This document shows positions 36,486-48,300 of a DNA stretch of 64,000 nt, piece by piece. Every line of letters starts with the position of its first letter. Position 1 is the stretch's first letter. The stretch is from an uncultured Gammaproteobacteria bacterium (GTDB lineage: Bacteria > Patescibacteriota > Patescibacteriia > UBA1558 > 2-01-FULL-52-15), in the NCBI GenBank assembly GCA_964402565.1, contig CAYOCJ010000001.1, positions 96,079 to 160,078 of the forward strand. Direction: 5' to 3'. The notes under the pieces were generated by a model, which was not told the DNA's origin, did not search any database, and saw only the letters and a list, made by a program, of their open reading frames with translations. The position numbers and the translations under genes were made by a program.

Positions 36486-37664
36486 ATGATCGACAAAACA
36501 GCAAATAGAATATTGAATTTTTTTCCGCATAATATGCGGCGCGAGATCCGCGAGCTCTATGTCTCGACAACGATATTGGATTTTGCTCTCGCGATGATCC
36601 TGATTTTTGAGCCCATCTACCTGTATACGATCGGTTATTCATTACAGCAGATCATTTTCTTTTTCCTATTGGTCTATCTGATATATTTTTTCATCATGCC
36701 GCTTGGTGCGTCGTTTGCAAAGCAAGTCGGGTATGAGCATAGCATCGCTTATAGCACTATCGTTTTTATCCTGTATTACCTGACTTTCTATAATATTGCG
36801 ACCATACCCTGGTTTTTTTACCTTGCGGCCGTTCTGTATGCAGTGCAAAAAACGCTCTACTGGCCGGCCTATCATGCTGATTTTGCGAGATTCGCTGACA
36901 GCGGGCAAGACGGAAGAGAAATAAGCATTTTGACGATCCTGGTATCTATAGTGAGTGTGGCTGCTCCGCTCATTTCAGGCATTGTATTGGAAAATTGGGG
37001 TTTTGCAGCACTGTTCATGTTCGTATCGATCATTTTTTTAATGTCGAATATACCGCTGCTGGTCACCAAGGAAGTTTTCAAGCCAGAAAAATTCGCCTAC
37101 CTCGATGCCTACAAGAATGTGTTCGCTCTCCAGAATAGAAAATCATTGATTGCCTATCTTGGATTCGGTGAAGAACTCATCGTTCTGGTCGTATGGCCCG
37201 TATTCATTGTTACCGTGATCTCCGATCTTCTCAATATTGGCATATTAACAGCACTGGCAACCTTCGTGAGTCTGTTGGTCACACTCTATATTGGCAGATC
37301 GTCAGATGCAGGTAATAAGCGCGGCATTTTGCGATTCGGAACGGTCGTCTATGCCTTTGCATGGTTTTTGCGCCTGATAGTACATGCCGCACCGGGAATT
37401 TTTCTTACTGACAGCTTGTCACGCGTTTCAAAGAATATCGTGAGCGTACCCCTGACCGCGATCACCTATGAGCGGGCAAAGCAGAGGAGTGTCATGCATT
37501 CCGTGGTTTCATTTGAGATGAGTCTGGTGCTTGGCAAGCTTATGGCTTTGATCATCGTGTATGTCGGCTTAGCGCTGCTTGCCGGCATTGTTTCGTCGAC
37601 CGTGCTCTATCAGGGTATCTTTATTTTGGCTGGCTGCATGACATTTTTCTATATGCTGCTCTAA
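36486..37664 (+). CDS. polytopic membrane transporter (MFS-like)
   Basis: 392 aa with 10-12 hydrophobic helices. The start abuts the tsaC stop and the stop overlaps the next start (TAATG). Confidence 0.4.
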   Translation: MIDKTANRILNFFPHNMRREIRELYVSTTILDFALAMILIFEPIYLYTIGYSLQQIIFFFLLVYLIYFFIMPLGASFAKQVGYEHSIAYSTIVFILYYLTFYNIATIPWFFYLAAVLYAVQKTLYWPAYHADFARFADSGQDGREISILTILVSIVSVAAPLISGIVLENWGFAALFMFVSIIFLMSNIPLLVTKEVFKPEKFAYLDAYKNVFALQNRKSLIAYLGFGEELIVLVVWPVFIVTVISDLLNIGILTALATFVSLLVTLYIGRSSDAGNKRGILRFGTVVYAFAWFLRLIVHAAPGIFLTDSLSRVSKNIVSVPLTAITYERAKQRSVMHSVVSFEMSLVLGKLMALIIVYVGLALLAGIVSSTVLYQGIFILAGCMTFFYMLL

Positions 37665-38515
37665 TGTCGAAAGCGACTGTCCAACATCTGCTCCAGCAAT
37701 GGCATATCAGGCCCGACGATGAACAGGGCCAGCATTTTTTGGTAGACGATACGGTGCTTGAACGGATAGCAACGAGCGCGAAGGTTTCAGCAAACGATCA
37801 TGTGCTGGAAGTAGGCCCTGGGATCGGGAATTTAACTGCATATCTTTCAAAAGCTGCAGGCCATGTAGCTATTGTGGAGATCGACCCGCAATTTAAAGCG
37901 TTACTTGAAGCTTTTATATCGGTAAATACGAATACGCGCCTGCTCTACGGAGATATTTTAAAAATGCCATTCGCTGAGATAGCAATCGCTCTTGGTCTGA
38001 AGCATGGTGATGCATATAAAATTGTGGCAAATATTCCGTATTACCTGACGTCGCGCTTTTTTGCTACAGTGCTGAAGTACACTACCTTGCCTGAGCGAAT
38101 CGTTGTCTTGATCCAGAAAGAAGTTGCCGAGCGGATCACTGCTGGAGCAGGAGACCAGACGAAACTTTCTCTCAGTATACAGATGTATGGCCGGCCGAAA
38201 ATTCTTTTTGGCGTTCCCCGCACCGCGTTCAATCCGACGCCTGCGGTCGACTCTGCGGTCTTGTCTATCGAAGATATCCACTCATGGAATTATTCGGTGC
38301 CTGAAAAGAAAATGTGGCAGCTCATCACGTTTGGCTTCAGCTCGAAACGCAAGAAGCTCATCAATAACCTCATGGCAGGCCTTCGCATCGAGCGGACTCA
38401 GGCATCAGAATTACTTGAAAAAGCTGGCATTTTTCTAGATATTCGGGCAGAAGATATGAAAATTGAAGAATGGATAGCCCTCACCGAGGCGGTCATATCA
38501 GGTTTGGGCAATTGA
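37664..38515 (+). CDS. rsmA: 16S rRNA (adenine1518/1519-N6)-dimethyltransferase
   Basis: GQHFLVDDTVLERI and VLEVGPGIGNLT are the KsgA motifs. Confidence 0.75.
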   Translation: MSKATVQHLLQQWHIRPDDEQGQHFLVDDTVLERIATSAKVSANDHVLEVGPGIGNLTAYLSKAAGHVAIVEIDPQFKALLEAFISVNTNTRLLYGDILKMPFAEIAIALGLKHGDAYKIVANIPYYLTSRFFATVLKYTTLPERIVVLIQKEVAERITAGAGDQTKLSLSIQMYGRPKILFGVPRTAFNPTPAVDSAVLSIEDIHSWNYSVPEKKMWQLITFGFSSKRKKLINNLMAGLRIERTQASELLEKAGIFLDIRAEDMKIEEWIALTEAVISGLGN

Positions 38516-38527
38516 AGACAAAATCAC

Positions 38528-38557
38528 TTGGTGATTGTCTATAAAATATGCTATAAT
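38528..38557 (+). promoter_or_regulatory. putative sigma70-type promoter for the giant-protein operon
   Basis: TTGGTG-N18-TATAAT. A 6-bp inverted repeat AATCAC-ttg-GTGATT overlaps the -35 element. Confidence 0.3.
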
Positions 38558-38629
38558 AATCCCGTTATTTAGCTACCGGAATTGGCTAATTTAGAATAAA
38601 TCAACTTCACATTTCGAATCAGGTTTGTT

Positions 38630-39382
38630 ATGCCGCAACGAGTCGGTGGTGAAACGAAAATCAGACATACATTTCGACGTCAGACGCTCGGGATCAAGGC
38701 GCTGCTCATCGTACTTTTTGTTTTTGGCGGCGGATCGCTCGTCTACGGCGCATACGTCGTACAAAATCAGGTAGTAAGTCCATTTAAGCTCGGGGGATTA
38801 AGCGCAGATACGATCGTCAATCAAATTCTCCCGAAACCGGACCAAAGCGATGCGCTCGCGTCAAAGACTAAGGACACTGACGGAGATGGTTTGACGGATT
38901 ATGACGAAGTTGCCTTGTATGGGACAAGCCCCTATTTGCCCGATACCGATGGGGATGGCATTTCAGACGGCCAGGAGATCAAGAATGGCACTGATCCTAA
39001 TTGCAAACCTGGCGAGACATGCGGCGGCTTGCGACTGGTGACACCGGATACAAAGATTTCTGATTTGTTCCCTCAATTTTCTACTTCGAATGTGACACTG
39101 AAAGACAAAACCGTACAAGAGTTCAGGCAGATCTTGGTCGAACAAGGATTCGATAAGTCCAAATTGGACAAGATCAGCGATAATACCCTGCTGATCATGC
39201 TCGAAGAGAGCCTCAAAGTACAAGATGAAGAAAATACAACCACACCGACGACCACTGATGCCATTACTGAGAAAGATTATGATGATCTCAGGCAATTATT
39301 GATTGATATGGGAGTGCCGAAGGATGAGGTCTATAGCATGAGCAATAAGGATGTAGAAGATTTGCTTAAAACTTTCAAATAA
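38630..39382 (+). CDS. membrane-anchored protein with Asp-rich Dx[DN]xDG repeats (paralogue of 29442..30821)
   Basis: TM helix LLIVLFVFGGGSLVYGA. Repeats DTDGDGLTDYDEV...DTDGDGISDGQEI. Its stop abuts the giant-gene ATG. Confidence 0.45.
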   Translation: MPQRVGGETKIRHTFRRQTLGIKALLIVLFVFGGGSLVYGAYVVQNQVVSPFKLGGLSADTIVNQILPKPDQSDALASKTKDTDGDGLTDYDEVALYGTSPYLPDTDGDGISDGQEIKNGTDPNCKPGETCGGLRLVTPDTKISDLFPQFSTSNVTLKDKTVQEFRQILVEQGFDKSKLDKISDNTLLIMLEESLKVQDEENTTTPTTTDAITEKDYDDLRQLLIDMGVPKDEVYSMSNKDVEDLLKTFK

Positions 39383-42300
39383 ATGGACCGAAGGCCGAAA
39401 ATTATCTTAACCTTCTTACTCAGCATTGTGCTGGCGAGTACTCTATTCTTTGCCGGCTCTGCGCGTCCGGTTCAAGCAGCCGGCGTCATCACATTCAGCC
39501 CGACAGAGTTCATGCAGACCATTAAAGAATGGATCACGAAGTTGAAAGAGATCGGCTGGAAAAAAGCAGCGATCACGGCTCTCGATAAAGTATCATCCAA
39601 TTTTATAAATAAGATCGCACAGGACGCAGGGAACTATCTGGCAACCGGAGGCAAGGGCCAGAGCGGTCTGCAGCGAAGAGAATCTTTCGGTGCGATTTTG
39701 CGCAAAGACGGCGAAGCCGCGCTCGGTGATTTCGTGCAGGATCTATCATCGGAAACTGCTCTTGATAAACTGGGATTGAATTTGTGCAACCCGACGGCTC
39801 AATTGAAAGCAAATGTAAGTTTACAGCTTCTGGATGCAGGAAATCCGGTGCCATTGGGCAAATCAGGCTGTAATATCCGCGATATTCAGCAGAATTGGCG
39901 TAATTTCGCGGAAGCGAATACCAACGGAAGTGGCTTAACTGCGAATGTCAGCTACGGAAATACGCTCGGTATCAATGGATCGTCGATCACCGGCCCTGGC
40001 TTAGTTGCTGGAAGCTGCCAGGGCACGACGCAAGGAAGCTGTGGATTTGAAAATCCAATAGCCTCGTCATTACCTGATACCGGTGTGTGTGATGTTACGA
40101 CATCAAGCTCGCAGAACCAGTTCGTTTCTTGTAAACAAACAGCAGACTGTATCGCCGCTGGCCTTCTCGGGGCTACCTGTCGCCAGATCGCTCAATTGTG
40201 TTCGTCGGATGCCGAGTGTACTGATGGCAGCAAATGTCTGAAAGCTGGCGGTTCGAGCGGTTCATGCTATAGCGATGCTGATTGCCCGGGCGATACCAAG
40301 TGCGTCGGTGCATCTGGCGCAAACTCAGGCGTACCGTATCTGCAGGTCACGTCGAATTTTTCCGCTGAAGAGAAATTAAAGTTTTTGACCGATCTTGAAA
40401 CGTCGCAATCTGACCTTACTTTTGCGTCGGCTATTCAGGCTAAAGCCGATGAGTTGAAGGCTGCGAAAGAAAAAGTAGCGACCATGGATGCAACGGCCTG
40501 TGGCAACTATAAAGACGTAGGTTCCAAGATCACAGATGATTATATTCACAAGAATTGTGCCGAGATCGAAGGTTTGAAAGCAAAAACAGATGCGCCGTCG
40601 TCACAAGACGAAGTAGCTCAGCTGAAAAGCGAAGGCGAGAATGCTTTCTGGTTGAATGCTGCAAAGATCTTCGGCCGATCGCTGATTTCCGGTTTGCTGA
40701 AGAAATATATCCGGGCAGGGTCATTCTCACTTGCTGAAGTCGGCCAGCGCACGGACGTGAATGCGGTCCGTGAAAATATCATCCAGCAGCTGCGCGGAGG
40801 AGTGACGTCTCCATTGAATGCGCTCAATGTGGTGAACAATGTCGCTGAGGCAAAAAAACCGTCTCTCGATAAGGTCGATAATTATGATTATTTATCGCTC
40901 TTCACCCAATGTCCTGATGATCGCAATCTCGTTGAGCTCGACAACTGCACCTTGGATGACAATTTCGCTTCAGCGATCCGCGACAAAAAAACACTTGCTG
41001 AAGCTTTGGCTGACGGAGTTATCCGCGGGGATTTGCCGCTCATCTCAAATCTGAATACCAGCTTGAATAGCGATCCATTCTGCGTGCGGAACGGGTATTG
41101 CCACAGCAATATTGTCCGCCTGAGGAAATATCGCATCATACCGATCGGCTGGGAAATCGCAGCTTCATTAAGCCCGATCGATGCTCCGGTGACATTGCAG
41201 CAGGTCGTTGATTGTTTCGAAAATGGCGGCGCTTGTAAATTTGATGCTGCATCCAACGTGTACTATCACCTCATAGACCCGAACTGGGTTTTGAAAGCGC
41301 CGGAAACAATTTGTAAAGCTGAAGGGTTTGGTCCGAAGCTTATCAGCACCGAAACGGCTGAACGCCAGCAATACTGTGCAGACGGCATCTCCTGCCTCGC
41401 AGAAGATGATGCGGGCAATTGCGTCGGCGGATATGGGTATTGCACCAAGGAAAATAATATTTGGCGCTTCAACGGCGAGCAATGCCCGGCACAATTTGCA
41501 AGCTGCACGGTCTTTACCTCGACTGAGGATCATAAATCTGTCTCCTATCTGGGCAATTCTGTCGATACCTGCGATGCATCTCAGAACGGCTGTAAATGGT
41601 ATTCGAAGAGCCAGGACAATGTCGGCACCGAATCGAATCCGAACTTAGTCTGGAACCCGAATGATCGTATCTATTTCAATAAGACAGTTGCAAAATGCGA
41701 TGCCGATCAGGTCGGTTGCACTGAATTCGTTTCATTGCTGACGCCGGGAGTCAACTTGATCACCAACGGCGATTTCGACTACTTCACGCCGAGCTCTACG
41801 ACGAATCTCGCAGATCCGAATTGGATGAATGATAATCTTGTCGATAAGTTCGATGGCTGGCAAGGTTCCGCAGACACCTATACGACCAGAGACAATGCGT
41901 ATTTCGGATCGGATGGATTGTCTGCAAAGAATGGAGGCCGCGTATCGACGAATGCTATCACTGGAATTCTCGCGGACAAGACATTTACGCTTTCGTGGTT
42001 TGCAAAATCCGGAACGGCGAACAACTGTGTCACGGATGTCGCTATCTCTTCTGCGACCACCGCTGCACAGAGCACGCCGGTGACCTATACGAAAGACTGG
42101 AAGCGCTTCGAGCTGACCAAGACATTCGATGTGAATACGCTGGATACATCGGTGAATATTTCGTTCTCAACCGCCTGTGATGATGTGCCTGTTGCGACCG
42201 CAGATGAAATATATATTGATGGAGTGAAGTTTGAATTGAACAGCCGTTCTTCGGGATTCACGCAATATGCTGAGAATGGCAAGGTGTATCTGAAATCGGG

Positions 42301-45300
42301 CAGCCGCTGCACGAAGGATGACGTCGGATGCGATCTCTACACTGCAACCGAGAGCGGCTTTAAAGTGCCAGGCAAGATCGACTCCGATGACCGCTGTCCG
42401 GCAGAGTGCGTTGGCTATCAGAGCTATCTTGAGTTGCCGAGCCAATTCGATGTGCTGGAGAAAATTCCGCTGCCTGCACCTGCGCCGCGCCCGGTCGATT
42501 TCATCGCGAAGACCGCAGCCGCATGTCCCGCGACCGAGGTGAATTGCGAAGAATTTACCAATGAAGAAGAAGTTGCTCAGGGCGGCGAAGGCAAGCATTA
42601 TTTCAGCTTCGTCAGGCAATGCGTGGAAGATGCGCTCGGCAGCACCTACTATACCCTGGAAGGGAGCGATACCGCAGGCTATCAGGTACGAACGTGGAGG
42701 CTCCTTGCTTCTGACCTGCCATCCGGCCAGCCATGCACCAATGTCGATATTGGCGCGAAGAATTGTATTGATGCAAGCAGTACGCCTGCAACCTGTACGG
42801 CAGCGGATATGGCGACCGATCTGAATTGCAGAGAATTTTTCGATATCAGCGGTATCCCGCATTATATCCAGCAAGATCATGTCATCGCCTCAAGCGCTGA
42901 TTGCCAGGCATTCAGGAGAACGTCCACTGGCACCACGTTCTATGCGCTTGGCAAAGACAGCCGTGCCTGCAGTGCTCAGAATAATAATTGCAGGGAGTAT
43001 CGGGGCAACCAGTCGAATAATCTGCGGACGTTATTCACGGATTATTTCGAACAGGGCAATACCGGCGAATGGAATACCACGAATGCGTCTCTCTCTACGG
43101 AGGCAGTCAGCACCGGCGGGCATTCGATCGTGAACAAAAATGCTTCTGATGTACTGACGACGACGCTGACTCGCAACGCTACCAATAAGACCTATAAGAT
43201 CGAAGCCGGACGTGAGATGTATATGGAATTCTGGATGAAGAATATCAATCCCGTACAGGTTGTCTTCCATGCTGACAGCACCTATTCATTCCCGACAACA
43301 ACCATGGCAGTACCGAATGACTGGCAGCAGTACCGCGTCGGCCCGGTCTATATCGGAAATGCAATTGATGCAGCTCCGTCGCTGACGATCATCCCGTTCG
43401 GAGGAAATCCGCTTGCCCCGGTGTACTTCGACAATATTATTTTGAGAGAATCGCTGTCGAATGTCTTCATTATAAAGGACAGCTGGAAGACTCCGGCAAG
43501 CTGCGATCAGCCGATACCAGGCGCTATGCTCGGCTGCCAAGAATATACCAATAAAGCAGGCACTGCCTATGACCTCCGTTCGTTCTCAAAATTATGTTCG
43601 AATGAAGTTATCGGCTGCCAGGCATTTATCAATACGCAAAATTCAACGAATCCGTTCCAAAAGATCTATAATGCGAATGATAAATCTGAAGTGATCGTGC
43701 CCGAAGATAATATTAGTTATCTCGTGTATAGCGAGCAGAACCGATGCTATAGCCAGAGCAAGGGCTGCAGCGCCTTAGGAGCTCCGCAGCTGAATTTGGA
43801 TCTGCCCGAAGATCATCCGAAGTATATCGACGGGTATAAAGTACTGACGCTCATTAATAATCCTGACACCTATGATACGACGCTTTGTACGGATGCAGGT
43901 CTTTTCTGCGAAGAATACACTGACAGCAAGGCTCAGACCGTCTATTTCAAGAATCCGCATGACCGAATCTGCGAGTATAAAGATAATATTAATATAAGCG
44001 GCCGTATCCAGTCGGGCTGGTTCCAGAAGAAGAGCCTCGAGCCTGGCCAGACGCCGGTCGGCTGCTCTGATGATGGTGTTCTGCCAATAGAAGATAAGGA
44101 TTTCAGGATTTATAAGAATGTTGACTATGATTATACCGGTTGGGCCGGAGAGTGCTCCGCGCAGTATGACCTCTGTACCGAATTCAAAGATCCGCTGGAT
44201 ACCCAAGGCGACAATGCGGTGACGAATGCTGACTTCGGCTTGGTCGATGCTTCGGGACAGCCATTGAACTGGAAAGACCATATCTGGAGCTGGCCATACT
44301 CAAGTACGCCGCCTGCGAGCTGGCTGCAAGCAAGCCCAGGCCAGCAGATAGCTATTTCCCGTCTGCAGCCATATGGATCAATATCATTCGGACAAGACTT
44401 CTCCAATGTCGACGGCACCGATGTATTTGCCTATAGCGTCGATGTGAATGTCCAGCGCATGACGCATGGCCTCAATCCTCAGATTGGCGTGAATTTGTCA
44501 TGCCACTTTGACTCACCACGCGATATAGATTTTTGCAGCACTTCTATACGAACTACGACGGAAAGTTGTACCAGTACGACAGATTGTAAGGCGGGCGGCG
44601 CCTGCTCAGCAGGCTTCTGCCAATACCCGAATGGAAATTATAATTATACCAAGCCATGCGGACCGAATAATTCCTGTGCCGCCGGCACTATGTGTTATAC
44701 CTTTTCATGGAGCGCATGCGAGGGACCTGGCCCTGACGGCAATTTCAACAACAGAAATGACGATGACTATACCAATATGCAGTGTGCAGGCGCAACAGGA
44801 ACAGATGACACGGCATGTGTGAACCGATTTGGCGCAGGATACCGATGTCTGAGCTGGCCGTATAAGAAGGACCTTGATCGGGACTATGTATTGGATTATA
44901 CGACCTATCTTTCGAATCCGTATCTGTATGACAAATGGCAGAATGTTCGCCGTGTCGTAGATCTGGGAGCTGACAGCGGACAGAGGAAGGTCTACGAATG
45001 CACACTCTGGTTGAATCTTTCAAACTGGTATGGATATAATCAACAAAGCAGGAATGATTACAATAATCCGGGAACAGGTGCTCCGCCAGGCCCGCGAGCG
45101 TGCGCGCCTGTCTCTACCTATGACTATGAAATGTCATGCGGCGACACCTACTGCACCATACCAGGACCAGACGGCATACCAGGAAATGCAGATGATACTG
45201 CTACGACAGTTCGTTGTACAACCAGTACCTCTACAGTTGCCCCGACAGTGGCAAATGGTGATGCAGGCTGTCGCTTGCCCGTGGGATCCGGTGGAACGGG

Positions 45301-48300
45301 GAATGCTACCGCGATATGCGGAAGCAATGTCGCATACCCGGCTGAGGTGTGGTGGAAGAACCCGCTCTTCAAGAAAGCAAAGAGTTATTTCTATCTGAAC
45401 AATGAAGAAGTAGATACCCAGAGCTGCAATGGCCAGGTGGGCAAGAAAGACGGCTGCCTGCTCTTCCTCGATATGAGCAAGCGCGATGTGAAGAGCTATG
45501 ATGCATTCTCGACCTATGACAAGAGCGCCGGCAATGGAGGAGGACTGGTGCAGCCGGTTACCTGCGTCGCAGGATCTACGACATGCAGTAATGACAGCAA
45601 TACGATCGTGAAGGTTCGCAGGGATCGCCAATGCGCAGAGTGGCTTGCCTGCAGATCTGCGACTGAGGTCTTCGATTCAGCGAACAATTCTTTCAGGCAG
45701 ATCTGCGATCAGGTCGGCACGTGCAATGAGTATAAGCCTGGCAGCGACATCATGAATTGTGCGAACTGGGTTGCGCCTTCGAAACAGAGATTGGAATATG
45801 GCTACTATGTGAATAGGTCGATCGATTTCGATGCGGCTGATTATTCCGGCTATTCTATCTATAATGACTATCAAGTGGGCACCTTGTCCTTGGTTGACGT
45901 CAGTACTCTTGGATCTCCGCCGACCGGACCTGATGGCAGAAACCCGGATTACCGCTTGGTACGCGTCATTGATACCTGTGATAGTTCGCAGCCGCCATAT
46001 GAATCGCCATGCGGCCCTGTCGATCCGTTGAATCCGGGAGAAAAACTTGGACGATGTTTTGCTACGAATAAGTGCGTTGTGGGCATTGACGGCAGCCGAT
46101 TCAGCAGAGATTCGGATTTCGTGATCAAGCGCTCGACCCGGGCATGGGCTGAGAAAGATTCTCCATTCCCGTATTCGGTCGTCGATAAAGACCAGGGCGA
46201 TACGCGCAAAGTGAAATTTGGATTCCAGGATGCGACCATTTGCGATACGAAGAATGCATCGTGCGAAGACCGGTACTATAAGTTCCAGTACGGATCCACC
46301 AACAGCGTTACTAAATACTTTTCAGCCGACGTGCAGCTGTCAGGGGGCGCCATCCCTGCATGCGTTTGCCAGGGCGGCGAATATGATAACCGCGAGTGCG
46401 GTACCAAGGATACTGGCGGCGCTTTGGTCTGTTCGAATAATATAACAAGGCATTGTACGGTAGACACTGATTGTCCGAGCGTTGTCGTCGCAGGTGTGCC
46501 GACCACTGGCGCATGTAAGGACGGTCCGGACGGCAAAATGTCTCCTGAAGAGCGCTGTCCAGACAATGGCTCGCCGCTGTATCTGCGAAAGTCAGACAGC
46601 TTCCTGAACTGGCCTGGTTTCTGCCTTGAACCTGATAATCGCGCCAACATCAACGGATCACAGACTGAACGCGCCTGTCTCAACTGGCTGCCAGTCGATA
46701 ATGCACCGGTCGGTTATGACTTTTTCAACCAAAATAGAGAAGCAGGGTATTCATATAAAGCACCCGCCTACTACTGTCTGGATGTAGGATTGTATGAGTT
46801 GCGCGTCAACCACTATTTCGGATGCAAGTGCGATTACCAGTGTAATAATAGCCTGAACCCCGATCCGACCGCGTATGCTATCAGACAAGGCGCGCAATGT
46901 GGATGCAAGTTCAATCCATTAGATCCAAATCCTCACACAAACTGTATTCTTGGATTTAATTTCGGTTTGCTGGGCTGCGGTTGGAGGCATCCTTTCGATA
47001 AAAAGAAAGATTGTTATGCAGTGCCGATACCGAATGGACCAGGATTGTATAGCTACAATAACAACACGATTGCCGGCTGGGAAAATCCGCCTGATCCGTC
47101 ATGCAGAGTATTAGCTCAGACGGTTGATGAGCGCGGTGAGAACGCTGCCATGACGAACCTATTCTGGTCAAACTATAACGGCGGCTCTGGATACGCCATC
47201 GGCGATATACCGATTGGAACGAGTACTGCGAAACTTGGGTATAAACTTGATAAGGATGATAAGCCTTTCGGCTCAGCTGTGCCGAATGGCCTTGGCTTCG
47301 TAACTGATAAGCTGCAGATACAAAAGCCGGGTACTATCCCGAGAGCAGGCAGTCCCTATGCTTGCTCCAGCAGCGTGCAGTCATGCAGTTATTTCGATCC
47401 GGCGAACTTGTCTTCGTTCGCGGTACAAGGCTGGACAACGCCGTATGTGGGCTGGGGCAATGAACCATATACGATCGGCGTCAGGCGCCTGAAAGAGATC
47501 TATAGAAAGATATTCAATCTCTATACCTGGCAGGAAGGAAATCTATGCGAGGATATGGTCTGCGGCCGCCCGAATGACCCGGATAGCCCGAACGTAAGCG
47601 AGAACGGAGGCTATTATGGCGGCCAGCCATGCAGCGCAGGAGACACTAATTCCTGCAATGAAAGCGCCGGAGCCACCTCCTGCGTTCATATTCAGGATAA
47701 ATGCGTAAACTCAGTATTCAATGACACTGATCCCGCTTCTGAACTGTATCAGGGCTGCGGCGTCTGTACGCGCGTCGGGTTTATCAGTGAATCAGCGCCA
47801 CAGAAGAGATGCATGAGCAATTGGGGCGACACGAATGGTGATAATGTGAACGATACAAGCGGACTCTTTGCAACTGCCGCTGCCTGCAATGCTGCTGATC
47901 TTGATCCTGGCGCTGCGACCGTGACCTGTTCTATCGCCTATCCGGCAGGCGGTTGCGCCCCTGACCCGAATGATCCGAGCGGCAGATTCCGCTGTTTCAG
48001 CGAGCCATTCGCAGGAAATGATTGCAAGATCCCGTTGAACCCGAATTATCTAAGTTGCGAAGGCACTCCGGCAACCTGCCATTATGGCTCAGGCGCTACC
48101 AAGGAAGACACCGGCGTCCCTTGCAATGGGGTAAGCGATTGTACCGGCACCATCACCTCAGATCCAGATTCACTGCAAGGCCTGCTCGATAATATTAATT
48201 CACAATCCTATTGCGCAGACATTAACCATAAAGAAGGAAGTTACGACTACGAAGCTGGCGATTTCTGCGTCGGCGAGCCATTCTCAGTTCGCATACAATC

